From positions 13,020,001-13,084,000 of the forward strand of contig NW_026889796.1 in the NCBI RefSeq assembly GCF_033153115.1: 64,000 nucleotides of DNA, in the 5' to 3' direction. The stretch is from Saccostrea echinata (Eukaryota). The notes under the pieces were generated by a model. The model had not been told where the DNA came from and did not search any database. It saw only the letters and a list, made by a program, of their open reading frames with translations. A program made the translations under genes and the position numbers. This document shows, piece by piece, positions 13,316 to 26,738 of the stretch; the first letter of the stretch is position 1; each line of letters starts with the position of its first letter.

Positions 13316-15970
13316 AAAGAAACTTCCAAAGTAGGAATATCCCAGAAATACCTTTATACTAGGGTCACTGATTGTGGAACTACCGGTATGGAAGCACATT
13401 TAATATAATCGAGTTATCACTTATTATTAAATCTATGTTATTTCCGAAATCACATCCAAATAAATCCACGTAAAGTGGTTCACTCAAAAGTGTTAGCATT
13501 CAGGGGAAGAAAAAGCGACCTGAAAATATAGCCCATGTAACTTCGAATTTTTCACAGAAAATTTAATTTCAATATATATTTCATAATTAATTTACTTAAA
13601 GATGTGGCGCTGTCGATGTCCAAGGGACAAAACGACGCTTTCCTGGAATATTTGCCTATGATCACTAAACATAAACTTTATCTGTTAAGAAGAGGATCCT
13701 TCACAATACTCTCAGAATCGCTTAATTTTATGAAATTGCTCAGCTCTTTTCAACGTATCCGTAGAGTGCCTCAACGATAAATATGATTGAGGTTCAATGA
13801 GGGTTTTTCATGAAAAAAGCTATTAATCCCGTCTTAAACCCATAAGCGTCCCATCCATCTGGTTTGGTCGCCGTACCCAATATCGTATTATGACAATAAC
13901 CAACACAAAAGAACATTGAAAGAATTTTTTAAGTAAGATACAAAACTCAGATGGTCTATTATGCCAGATACGGTGCTCCGAACCTCGTTCCAGTCCCGTA
14001 CATGTATCTGACATATTAACCATCTTGTTTTGTATCCCTTACATACAACACAACACAAACATACATTGCCTGACAGCCAGCCGTGATAGCTGGACGCCCG
14101 TAATTTATTTATGTGCTACATTACTTTAATAATATACACATAAACAAACAAAATGCAGAAAAAAAACGTAATGCTGACCTTTGTAACACTGCAAAATTTT
14201 AAAAAACATGACCAATATCTTATACTTACGTGTAACGACTGAAGTATCCCTTTAAATAGCATCAAGACCGGCCAGGCAAAAACTATATTATAGATAACTA
14301 CAGTGTTCCAAGTTTGAACGCATGTGTCGCCTGCTTTGTAGCTTCATTAAAGATGTAAATAATTTTCAACTATTTTTTTAATACTAGTAATTGCCTGCAA
14401 AGAAAAAAAGCATCCACGGATAGTATTAGACTGCGATAAAATCTGACGATCAAAGAAAATATGGTTCTTCAACCCTCGAATGAAAAATTAAATTGAAAGG
14501 ATTATTATTAGAAATAATTATTTATCATTTTATTAATACCTGTTTCCAACAATCCTCCAAAAGAGATTTAAGAATAGTCAGTCTACACGATTCATTGTGG
14601 AATATCAATCCCGATGTATTTTATAGTATTTAAGTATAAGTTTGTGCGATAACTGAATATCATACAGTTTCAAAGTACAGTATTTTGAGCTCATAAACAT
14701 GTATAAATGCTAACTACCAAAACCCTGCCTCTCAAAATTCAAAAGTTATACTTTGAATTAAACTGCTGGAGTATTTTTTTGCAAAGTAGGTCAAAGGTTA
14801 AGGTCAAGTTGTAACTCTGTGTTTTTTTAAATGTTTTATGTTAAATAGTGCACATGCTCAATACTACAGACTTACCTCTTTAATATAAAAAATATGCTGT
14901 ATATCGGCCCTATGAACTATTTTAAAAGTAGGACAAAAATCAAGGTCAACGGTCACGAGATCGGTAACCATGGTAATTAACGAAAGCCATGGTGCCAAGA
15001 AATATATAAATATCAAATCCATACCTCTTACAGTTCTCAGATATAGGGTGTGATAGACGGACAGACAAATAGCTAGACAGAGACAGACGCCGGGTAAAGT
15101 GATCCCTAAGTGTCGCACTGCTCCGCAGGCGACACAAACACGATGAAAATTGATGAAAAAAAAACCCTCTAGAAACCTGTGTCCGCTGCTCTCCTCACAA
15201 AGCCTTGGCATACATGGTGCTGTCAAAAGACGGGAATATTTACGTCATGTGATCTCGAAGCACAGATCCCGTCATCGAGAGAATAATTAACAAGAAGGTA
15301 TTTGAAGTACTGATAAGTAAACTAGCTTAGGGCAACAGCTCCTGTGGTGATGAGATTGGGACTGAGTCCATAAATTAATATTACAATCAAGGGTTTATCC
15401 CTAAAGGTTGGAGTGCCATGTTGGGCTTCGTTGGTCAACGGACAGAACTAAGGATAAAGCACATTATATGTAGGCGGCAAGGCAATTGTAGGATAGACGA
15501 TAAAAAATTACCATGAATACCCTCTGAGTATGAAATACCCTCTTTGTTGGGGGGGAAAAACGCACCTTCTTAAAATTCTAATATCTCTCTTCCTCTTTTT
15601 GTTCTCGCTCTCAGCTCTTCTTAAATGTTTTGGCAATTTTTGGATTAATCTAAAAAAAATTTTGTATGTTTAAAGTGTATTGCCTTATTCTGATGAAAAT
15701 GCAGGATTTACACACAAAAAATATGTAAGAACACGTTGAATTGATAAACTTTTGAAAAAGATACACAATCTTATTTTTGGCTTACAACACAATGTAATCT
15801 TGAATTTTAGTTTCTCTAAATACACAAACAGTTTGTTAAATGAATTGTAGTTGTCAATTAAGTTTGAAAAAAACTGTCCATTCTCAGTTAGATCGAATGC
15901 AGCTTTTGTTAAAGAAAATAAAACATGCAAATTATATACACAATTTACAAAGAACATTCTCAAACAAATT

Positions 15971-16252
15971 GACCGCAACTGACCTAAGTCGATAAAAAAA
16001 GGGTAGCAACTGTTCCTCCGCCATGCGCTCGGCACTTTGAAGTGAAAGTTGCGTGTCCTTCGGATGAGACCTTAAAAACCGAGGCCCTGTGTCACGGCAG
16101 GCGTTGACACGATAAAGATCCCTCACTGCTCAATGGCCCTGAGTGCCGAGTAAAGGTCAAAATTTGAAGCCCTTCACCGGTATATGGTGACGTCTCTATA
16201 TGAGTGAAAAATTCTCGAATTGGGACGTAAAACACATGCAATCAAACAATCA
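15971..16252 (+). mobile_element. tRNA-derived SINE, 5'-truncated (V-domain-like core)
   Basis: Core CCTTCGGATGAGAC..TAAAAACCGAGG and CAAT-repeat tail; near-copy at 23991-24307. Confidence 0.7.
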
Positions 16253-16744
16253 TACAAATTGAATACCACTTTGCATATTGAACACGATTTGTACTCATGA
16301 TTTTCTGTCATCACAATAAATTCCACACACAACACCAACATGAAAAATGTAATGTTCGTTACATTATCATTTTCCATTTGTTTCACTTACGACTAACAAA
16401 TGAAAGATTATGATATGTGTTCTTCATTTGATGGGTTTTTTTTTTCAGTCAACAGCCCTCGACTGGGGATTTTTGTGCGAACAGAATCGACAGTTTTTGG
16501 TTTCTTTACTTATAAGAGACTGTTCTCACAAATATTCATATATTCATTGACCTGAGGTCAAGCTCTTGAAAACGAGGCTAAGATATTTCTTTTTTCCGGT
16601 ATTCGATATAGTTTTCTATTCATATTACAGTAAATTTTAGGTTAGTCATTCCAGTTATTCAATATGAAAAATAAAACATCGCAAATATATTCCATACTTT
16701 ATCATATTATTACACGTTTTTACTTTTAAGTCAAACAACATGGA

Positions 16745-16866
16745 GTCGCCCGCGTGGCGCAGTGGTTAGAGCGTCTGCTCTAGAGTCGCGGAGTAAGGAG
16801 TTGATCCTTACGTCGCGGGTTCGAATCCCACCGTATAGACCGTATAAACCGAGGTCCCGTGTCGCG
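16745..16866 (+). mobile_element. SINE 5' fragment with tRNA-derived head
   Basis: A box TGGCGCAGTGG and B box GGTTCGAATCC, followed by TAAACCGAGGTCCCGTGTC, which is shared with the other SINE copies. Confidence 0.65.
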
Positions 16867-17637
16867 TACCCCCAATAATTTTGCAGATATATATCTGCAA
16901 ATCAATACTATAGAAAACATTGTTACTTTATGCTTGTGCCCTCTCAGTAATAACGTCTGATGACCTTTTTTAGCTAACCTGTCCGTCCTCCGTCTGTCTA
17001 GCTGCCTGTTCGTCCGTCTGTAAACTTCTCTCATTTTCGACTTCTTGTTTGAAGGGGATTCAAATTTCTTCAAATGAAGGACCAAGCTCTTTTCCAAGGG
17101 GAGATAATTAAGAATTAGTAAAAAATTGGTTGCATTCTTTTCAAAATCTTCTTTTGAATTCAATTTATTCTCTCAAAAACCATGTAAATGGTACATCAGG
17201 TACATAAACATATAAAAACATAAATACATATAATATAGTTGGTCAGGCAAAAGGTGAGATTAATTGAGCTAGCTAAGGAGAACAGACAATTCTATTCATT
17301 TAAGTATTAAATGTACATAATTTTTCAAAGATTTAACATATCTTTTTGACACATGACTTCACAAAACTTTATGGCGATGGCAAACACACTTTTTGAATCC
17401 TTTTATCTGTGAATTATGCATGAGATGAGTATTTGTTAAGAAGATTCGAATCAACCAATAGCACATTTCTGTTGATACATGTAGCATTGGGAATTAATGC
17501 ATAAAAATGTTAAGTATTACAGGAAATGCCCTAGTCCTGAAAAGTCCCCAGTACAGTAGTCCTCGGTTCACTGATACATGTTCGTATTTACACCGCCTTA
17601 GCTGTGAACTGATGCACAACTACGTTTGTTCTGTTAT

Positions 17638-20179
17638 TTATACGTCTCCATTGCCATTTCTGCATGAACGTGCTACTTTAGGGTGACAAAGTGTGTAGTA
17701 CATCAGCATGAATAGAGTGCATAAAACGATTCCAGATGATCCTGTGGCTAAATATACCAAACTAGACTTATCTACGTCACCCCAAAATAAGAACAGCGCC
17801 ACTATCACAGCGTTTTCTACATGGAACAAAGAGTAATACGCTATGGCAAGAACTCGAGATTTACCTCGGTTCAAATTCATGAAAGATACAATTTGCACAA
17901 ATCCGATGAACACAAGGAATAAAATGTTGTGTAGCTTTCTTCTATAAACTTTCACATTTTTGAAAAAAGCAACAGTTATCATGATCATCCAATGGAATAT
18001 AACACCAAATATTACGTAGTAGGGACCGTTTCCTTCGATTTAAATCACCATCATAATGGCTGTGATTCTTGGTCCGATCTCGAACACTCGCCAGAGGAAG
18101 TATCCCACAGCTCCACAGTTTGTGTTTGCTTTCAAACCGGAAGTTGCGTTAAAGATACGCAGTGCTCTGTTGTATCCCGTCACCGACCATGGCACACCTG
18201 CTAAAGACGATGCTATGGTAACAGCTCGCAGAATTTCTGTAATTAAACAAAATGTAGTCAATTAAATCATCTCTAAGTTATTATGAAATCAGTCTTGATT
18301 CAATAGATATAAACGAACATCTTTTTAATCATACATGTCTATTGATTCAATAGATATAAACGAACATCTTTTTAATCATACATGTCTATAAAAATAAATT
18401 TACATTTTTAAATTTTGATAATAATTATATAAATATTAAATATTCTTTGAAATTCAAACTTACATGATAACTATGATATATAGATGCATGTATCATGAAA
18501 GACCCTTTAAAGCTACATTGAAGAAAATGATATATAATCTTAAGAAACTGTCACAATTCCTGAAAAATTATTCCTATTCAACAAGAAAATTGCGAATTCA
18601 AGATTCCGGGGGAAAATACCAAGAAAATACTATTAATGCGTTTTTTCATACAAACCGAAAATACTCACTCTAGCAAAATATTTTTTTAATACTTTTTACA
18701 TTTAATGGGACTGAAATGTAAGTGTTTTGAAGCACTTAATCAATGCTTCAAAACACTTGCATTTCAGTATCTAGAACTTTTAGTTTTTATTAAAATAGTT
18801 GGATGCAACAAGTGTAGTACATATTGTATAGACTGATTTTATGAAGAAATGAAAAACAAATAGCAAATTATAACTTATGAACAGCTGATAATTGCTGTTT
18901 GACAGTGATTTGAAAAAGACCTACATGACATTTTGCTGGAAACTATAAAATATATAAATAACGGAAAGAGAATAGGTCTATATCCCTGGAGTTTTAATAC
19001 ACTAGTAGCCATCTACCCATTCCCCGTCCCATGATACAATAGACCAATTTTAATAAAAATTGGATTGTTCATTCTTTGATGGATCAGTTGATTTTGAAAA
19101 TATTTATAATTTGATAGAGAAATACGCACTCTGACACAAATAAACATGTTTTCCCCTTTACTTACGTAAGTGTAATGCTTCTTGCGGCGTGTCATGGATA
19201 GCAATGTAAACCTGGATGATCAACTGTTGAGCGGATTCAAAGAAGGCGTCGAACATCCGTAGAAAACTGCCATCTTTATCATTCTTTATCATTCTATTGT
19301 GATGTTTCTTTTAACACTGGATCTGCGACTTAACCACCCATGTTTTAAGTAAAAGAAATTTCTGAAAAAGGAACACAGTGCTTATATCAAGTTTGGATAA
19401 GATGTTTAAGGAATAATTGCGAATGAATAAAGTAGATCCAAGTATTTTTGAATTTTATCTAACTCTATATACTTTAGAAGTACAATATATTAAAAATCAG
19501 CGACTTAAGTTATTTGAGGGTCTTGCATGTGATCCAAAATGGTAGTGAAGTTATCAAGTATCTGATTTCAAAGCTGCGATACACTAACTGATAATGGTAG
19601 AAAATGGGAAGGCCACAATCAGAAACAAATACTTTCCCAATTTTCCTACGGGTCCACTTCCGTCTTGCAAGTACCAAACCGTGCTTATATAAGGACCCCA
19701 CCACCAGAAATGACGCAATCACAACCGTTGACGTAAGTGCACACTCTACCGTGATTTTTGGATTCCAAGGCAAGAAGAATGTCCGTTACAACGTCGAAGA
19801 CAAAGAGTACTATTGAAACAACAACACCAAGAAAGTCCAAAATGGAAAATGGATAGGGTTGGACGTTGTTTTTATCATTTGTGGTAGAAGTGTTCTCATC
19901 CGAGTCATCAATGATAAGCGTGGCGTTTTAATCTCGGACCCCCACCATACTTCTGAGCATAATTTTTCTCCTACTTTGATCAATTTCTCCATTTAGCTCT
20001 CGATTTCTCCCCGACATCGACACAATCTAAAGGGTACACAGCCGGTAACTTTTATGTTGTCCGATTACGTTGTTCTTCTCACCTTGATTTTGTTTTTCAC
20101 GAAAACCAACCATATTATCTACCTCACACTCGTCCGTTTCTGTTCTGTGTTTCTTCTTTTTTAATTTCAACTTCTTCAT
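17638..20179 (-). pseudogene. XKR: XK-related pseudogene A2 (A/B chimera); exon remnants 20179-19588, 19361-19166, 18236-17638
   Basis: Relative to A1: a -1 frameshift near 20045, an 8-bp deletion near 19750, a 4-bp insertion near 19690, intron-1 donor GT changed to TT at 19587, a 196-nt exon 2 (-1), and further frame disruption in exon 3 near 18000-18050. Confidence 0.9.
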
Positions 20180-21834
20180 TGTGCTACAATCTGCAGAGTA
20201 AAATCTTGTTCTGGGAATAGAATTTGAAGTACAAAACGTAAGATTCCCGAGAAATCTTGATAAGGAAATATCTAGTATCGTTTTTATACTTATTTCATAG
20301 TGTAATCTAATATCATGTGTTCAATAAGATTAGAGAAACCTATGAATAGATTGATTTATCGCATTATCTAAACCATTAAGGTTTACGACAAGCTGGGTTT
20401 TAACTTATTCGTTCGATTTCTGGTAGATTTCAGAATACAAGAAATGGCATCATGAAACTTGTATGATATAAAAATAATTATTATGTTAATAAAATAATTT
20501 GACATATACATAGATAATGTACTCCGTATAGTCAACGTCTGTGAAAGTTTTCAAAACCTTATCGCCTTGCTTCCGAATTAGTTATAGGACCAAATTAATG
20601 TTCTTGTCTGGATCCTGTTTTACAAAAGAACTGACGACTAAAAGCAAACTTTTAATTCTGTTTATTACTTTGATTTTAAAATGGTTTTCATCTTTTTAAA
20701 AAAAAAAATTAGAAAGATATTTTTATGCTAGCAATTTTAAAAAGAAGAATCATTTTTGCAGAATTTTACAATGAACTAAAGTTTGTGGTTCGTTTGTAAT
20801 ACGGGCCCAGATCGTGTCATTCAATGTAAGAATGTATGCAATAAATGGAAAGGGGAGTTTTGGTTTTATCCAAAATATAGAGTAATATCGTATTCGAATT
20901 TTAAGATAAACTCTGGCATAATATATCATGAGGTAAGAGAAAGTGAGATATAGCTAACCAGGCAAAAAATTGTCCTTTTTTGGGGGGGGGGGGGGTTCCA
21001 CTCACAGGATTCCGTGGATTTTTCGTGTTGTATATAAAATGTATTAATTTGTAACTCAAAGAGTGACTGCCTAGAATATATGTATTAATGGCTCTAATTC
21101 CTTTTGATAATATTTAGAAAGGGATAAGAAATAATACCAAAATTGAAAAATTGTAGGAGAAATCACTGTAGGAGTAATTTCTTTTCCAAATTACTGTGAA
21201 TTATTTTATTTAATATGTATACATGTATATCTTTGCCCAAATAGACAGTATTCGAAGATATGAATGAAGACTAACTTTTGGTTTATTTAAAAATAACTCA
21301 GGGATTTTCTTTACAAACATACCACCGGATAATAAGTGATAAATATTTAAAGAATTTTAAACGATACAAATTTAAAGAACTTAGAAATTACCAAGTGACG
21401 GCACTTTAATTAAGGCTCATACAAATGATTTCATACATGTATACTAAAAGATTTGCGAGGTCCATCAGATAGAATACACTTCTAGGATTCCATTTGATTG
21501 TACAGATTAGGAGCTGAGTAGGGTTGAGAAGATTAGAACCAAATATAAATAGCATGGGCAATTAATGCATAAACATATTGAGCATAATATGAAATGACAC
21601 ATTTCATAAAAAAAGTCCACGATACAGAAAATAAGTACTAAATGAGATAACAGTTCAGTGCATAATAAGCTGTGCATGATGAGATTTCTAAAAACATGTC
21701 CGCCTTAAATTTATGATAAATGCAACTTTTCCAAATTATGAAATTATTGTATTATAGACAAATATAGAATTGTAATTAACAACCAAGATGATGTTCTTTG
21801 AGGATTCAGTATGTTCGCCCAATTTTGATCCGAA

Positions 21835-22222
21835 GTCCAACTACGCTTGCCCTTGTACAAGTAATTCAACGTCTTTACTGCTTTTTCTGCATATATGTGA
21901 AACTTTAGGGTGACAAAAAGTACATAATACGTCAGCATGAACAGAGTATACATAACAACCCCGGATCGATGAAACCACAAATATTGTGATTATGCATATC
22001 TACCGGTACGTCAACCCAAAATACAAACACTATCATATGGACCAAAGAGGAATACACTACTCGGGATTTGCTCAAATTCATGAAAGATACGATTCACATA
22101 CACAAAGCCGATGAATAAAATTTGTGTAGGTTTCCTTTAAAGTTTTTTTTTTGCATTAAAAAAAATACACCAGGTACCATGATATCCAATGGATGATCCT
22201 TGCTTCGTTCCTTCGATTGAAA
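21835..22222 (-). pseudogene. Degraded relic of an XKR exon 3 (eighth copy)
   Basis: Patchy identity to exon 3, e.g. aactttagggtgacaaa...cagcatgaacagagta, ctcaaattcatgaaagatac, ttccttcgattgaaat. Its 3' flank (about 20870-21740) resembles the A3 3' flank (about 28590-30450). Confidence 0.75.
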
Positions 22223-22234
22223 TTATAACTTACG

Positions 22235-22485
22235 CATTATAACTTACTATAAGTAATATCTTGCATGTTAACGTAATTATCTTGCATGTTAACGTAAATA
22301 AGTCGCATGTTAACATAATTCTGTTGCATCTTGCTTGTATGATGTCGTATACCGGCGTTAGTAAGTATGTTTACCAACATTAAAATTAGATTCTCTATAA
22401 AGATTGGTAACTTGCATATCAACATAATTATTATGCATATAGACATAATTATCTTGCATGTTGCAATATTTTTCTCGCATGTTAA

Positions 22486-22523
<38 letters not shown>
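22235..22523. repeat. Single arm of the ATGTTGACATGCA-repeat TIR family (same family as 37918-40754)
   Basis: Ends in GGCAGAAATATGCCACCATA; 14/21-bp internal repeats. Confidence 0.7.
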
Positions 22524-23039
22524 CAATTTAAAGAACATTTATGTACTTAATTCTTTTTTAAAACTCAGTATGCACTCTCTATTAATTAAAAATGCAAAAA
22601 TTTCCAAAACAACCCCCCAAAAAAGTTCAACTTAAACAACCATTTCAAATTTATATTATTTATGTGAAGTAATTGATCTGTTAAACTGTATAAATGTTGT
22701 TATCAGATTACGTTATCGTAAAAAAAAGGATTTTTTTTATTACTGAGTACCTCAGCAAAACATTGGATGGATTTACAGAGTTATGCTTCTTTTCTATAGT
22801 AAACATTGTGGTTTCCCTTCAATAGATTTTTCATTTCATATATATTGTACATGTTGGATTTCATTTATTACAGAATAATTTCTGTTTTAATTAGTTTGAA
22901 GATGGGTCTAAATTTTTCACTAAATTGATTGGACTACTGAGGTAAATTGCAATTTTGAAGTGTATTTAAAATCGGGGGGGGGGGGGGGTTGACTGTTTTC
23001 TGAAAGATTAGCTTGATTAACTGAAGACATATGCTCGCG

Positions 23040-23125
23040 CATCGTCGGTACTCACGGGTGATCTCGTCTTTTACTCATCACCATGATGAGTAAAAGACGA
23101 GATCACCCGTGGGTATCCGAAGATG
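23040..23125. mobile_element. Palindromic hairpin MITE with 9-bp TSD
   Basis: Near-perfect arms of about 41 bp around CCA; flanks ATGCTCGCG / ATGCTCGTG. Confidence 0.75.
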
Positions 23126-23990
23126 ATGCTCGTGCCCTTGATACTCATGGCATTTTTACACAATTGTGTCGTCCATAAATGTAGTCGCAAATCTATGCAA
23201 TGAATTAAATCAATCATTCCTCCATACACATTAAATTTTAACAACATTTTCATGAAGAGGGCCTATTTATTATGCGCACAGCTATGCCTTAGGGAAGCAG
23301 TTACTGTATTTAATAAAAACACACTGTTGCATGGAAAAAACATGAAAAAGTAAACGAGGCTCAAATATCATATCACGTTTTCCTTGTAGGGTTTTTAAAA
23401 TTGATTTTTTTTTTAGATATTTCAACTGCTTAGGGAATGAACGCATGCTTTGTGAAAAAAATCATAGTTATATTTTATCAAGATAAAAGCGAACTCGCAT
23501 TTTTTAGTCATTATGTATAATACTTAACAACTGTTTTCTGTCGAAACTTAATGCTTTACAAAAATGGGACAATTTCACATTTTATCATTGATAGGTAAAC
23601 ATTGTTTTAGTGCATGGCGAAATTCGATTCGAGTGTGCATCACGTAGGCAATTGCAACACTGTGCAAACATCCAGTGGTTACTGTAATTTTACTTTTTTG
23701 ACTATTTTAATTTCCATTTTGAAATGGAACATATAACAACTCTAAGAAATCTGTGGAACCAATGAACACCTAAAAGTTTAAAATTCGAAAGTGGTGCCGT
23801 TTTCTAATGTAGAAAGGCTAGAGTTTTTAGTAAGTAAAAACTTGTATTGAAAAATAGGATGTATGTGACGGTAGCTTGATTTAACAATTATTGAGTGTAC
23901 AAGCATTTGGAAAAGAACCAAGTTACACTAAGATGAGAAAAATTATTTTAACGAGTTCCTCAGCCAACAACTTTCATTGAATTACGGCAC

Positions 23991-24307
23991 TCGCCCCGTG
24001 ATTGGAAGGTCGTGTGTTCGAATCACGGCCGCAATAGACCTAAGTCGATCAAAAATATGTAGCAACTGTTCCTTCTCCAAGCGCTCGATACTTTGAAGTG
24101 AAAGTTGCGGGTCCTTCGGATGAGAACTTAAAAACTGAGCCCCGTGTCACGGTAGGCGTTGGCACGATAAAGAACCCTCACTGCTCAATGACCCTGAGTG
24201 CCGAGTAAAGTCTAAATTTGAAGCCCTTCACCGGTATATGGTGACGTCTCTGTATGGGTGAAAAATTCTCGAATTGGGACGTAAAACAACATACAATCAA
24301 TCAATCA
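23991..24307 (+). mobile_element. tRNA-derived SINE (V-domain-like core)
   Basis: B box GTTCGAATC, conserved core and (CAAT)n tail; aligned by eye to 15971-16252. Confidence 0.75.
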
Positions 24308-24929
24308 TTGAATTAAGAACCAATCCCGATTTATTTTCATACAATTTCAGTTGGTGCGGTAAATGTATATCATATTTTAAGAATAAAATGTCATGAGGTC
24401 ATAACATGTAATATATATGCTCGTTATATCTTTATCTCTCAAAATTCAAAAGATAAGTAAAATTGAAAGTTCAGAATATTTTTGAAAAGTAGATCAAAGG
24501 TCAAGGTAGAGCTGACTGTAACGCTAGAATTTTTCAAAAAAAAAAAAACTCTTTTGACAAGCGGTGTACATGCCTACCTCTCAAAACTCAAAGACAATGA
24601 TGTATATTTGCACTTTGAATTATTTCTAAAAGTATATGTAGGTTAAAGGTCAAGATCAAAGGTCACGAGGTTGCCACCCTGGTATTTTACAAAATGCCAT
24701 TGTTTCAAGCATATCACGAGTAACTAAGATATCTAATCTCTACTTCTACCTCTAACAGTTTTCAAGATATCAGGTGTGACAGACAGACAGACGGATACTC
24801 AGACATATGCCAGGCAAAGTGAATCTTCAGAGTAACTCACCTCTGCAGGCGACACAAAATAGTCTAATACGCTTTGTTCTCATATGAGATTCAAAATCTT
24901 TGTCAATTCTTTATGTTGTTCCTTAATTC

Positions 24930-25515
24930 AATAAAAAAAAAAGGTGACGATAACGAACAGTGATCGATTTAAAAATATATGCAAACAATACACATTTGTG
25001 AACAGAGTATAATACACAGACCCCCCGGAAATTCCAGAGTGGGATCAGGGGCCTAAGAGGAGTAAGCATCCCCTATTGACTAGTCACAACCGCTTTGAGC
25101 CCTTTGTAATGATCAGGTAGACAGAACATTCATTAGTTAAATTTAGTATAAAAACAGAGGCCTAACAATTGGTATGTCAGTCAAAATATGACCCAATGAT
25201 AGGTTATATTTAATAACAAGGTCATTATATCGACCATAGGATTTACGAAATGTTGACTTTAAACGAGGTTATTGAAATCCCAGTTACATCAGCTTATCTG
25301 TCAGTAGCCTGTCTCGGTTTAAAAATTGATCATACTCAGAGCATGCTCTTGAGTATCGAATAAGTTTGGAGCCAAAACACCATACGCAGATGATAGCTGA
25401 ATATTACTAATTGAATACATAAGGAAAGATGAAAAGCTGAAGTCAACTCGTTTGTCATACAATTTAATTGTTAATTGGCCCTTGTCGTCTATAGTCAGTA
25501 AAATATCCAAATATG
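24930..25515 (-). mobile_element. Penelope-like retroelement 3' fragment
   Basis: Decayed translation LTIKLYDKRVDFSF...SNIQLSSAYGV, resembling the YDKRDDF...SNIP..PAYGVY.SQL.RY end of the RT, followed by a GC-rich 3' motif. Confidence 0.65.
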
Positions 25516-25781
25516 AAATTGGTTCAAAAGCTAACTATTGTTATATTGTCAAAATTTATCCAAAATATTAAATGAATGCAGATTTTACATTTTGTCTTTA
25601 AAAAATTAAAAACAAACAACATTACAGCATTGCAAAATCTAGAGAAAGAATTTATTCACAGAAATTTAAAAATTACAAAAAGCAAAAACACAGATTAGTT
25701 TTCAATGTTTGTAGTCATTTGCTAAAATCACAATAAGAATAATGTGCAAGGTGGCTGTTCTTTTTTTCTTAATTAAGAAAA

Positions 25782-26738
25782 CTAAAAATCCAACGTATTT
25801 GAATGACAATTTCGGATACACTTACACATAAGAATTATAAAGAGTTTTTTCCTTACTGTCTTTAAAGATAAGAAATACACAAGAGGGTTTGAAATAAAAC
25901 CTACCATCATAAGAATTGAAACAGAATTAAGAATTGCTCTATTGATAAAAATATTATTCAGATAGAGGACATTAACAACGACAGCCGGAATGTAAGTCAC
26001 AATTGAAATAAAGATAATGGCTGCCAGCATGGCAGACATTGTTTTGTGAAAGGATACTGTGGATTTCGATAGACCTTTTCGAATATTCACAATATTTATG
26101 ATATGAAGTATTGCAATAGGTATCAAACACCCGATAAACGTTAAACAGAAAGTTAATATTTCAACAACAATACTTTGTGACATAGACATGTAATTTTCAA
26201 TAACCAAATACAGATGCACGCTGTACAAGATCGCCACCACAACGGATGAGATCCACACCCCAAGTGACATGTAGACAACTTTAGTGTACGTAAAGGTTAG
26301 GCTGTAGAACGGCTTACTGATATATATGTAACGGATGATCGCAATGATGAGAAGGTGAAAATTCGATGAGAATGTTGCTAATGCCGTAATTCCATAGAAA
26401 TACGGAAATGAAGTTACCCACGGAAACATGTCTTGAAAAGTGCTTAAATATCTAAGAATCAGACTCAACATGTCAGCAACGGAAGAGCAAATTATTCCCG
26501 TAAATGTCGGTATCTTTACCTTTTTGCGAAAGATGAATAAACAAATAGTGACTATATTTATTATAGTTCCTAAGACACAAATAACAGATGCAATGATAAA
26601 ATGGATCTGGTACGACACCCATTTTTCTGTAGAATTTTCCCTGGAAGCTATGGCGGAAGTTTCATTCGTCCCATTGTACCGTTTAGGACCAAAGGTTGAA
26701 GACTGATTTGCCGCCAAGTTATCCCATACAAAATCCAT
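25782..26738 (-). CDS. Intronless orphan rhodopsin-like (class A) GPCR, 318 aa
   Basis: Seven hydrophobic segments: TM1 GTIIN, TM2 VAD, TM3 end IRY...KP (DRY-like), TM4 W, TM5 LIP, TM6 TYIP, TM7 SNPLVY (NPxxY). Four N-glycosylation sequons in the N-terminus and Cys residues after helix 8. Confidence 0.85.
   Translation of the reverse strand: MDFVWDNLAANQSSTFGPKRYNGTNETSAIASRENSTEKWVSYQIHFIIASVICVLGTIINIVTICLFIFRKKVKIPTFTGIICSSVADMLSLILRYLSTFQDMFPWVTSFPYFYGITALATFSSNFHLLIIAIIRYIYISKPFYSLTFTYTKVVYMSLGVWISSVVVAILYSVHLYLVIENYMSMSQSIVVEILTFCLTFIGCLIPIAILHIINIVNIRKGLSKSTVSFHKTMSAMLAAIIFISIVTYIPAVVVNVLYLNNIFINRAILNSVSILMMVGFISNPLVYFLSLKTVRKKLFIILMCKCIRNCHSNTLDF

Noticed and set aside
16745-16835. 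Possible tRNA gene with an intron
   Set aside because: No acceptor-stem pairing, and it runs directly into SINE core sequence.
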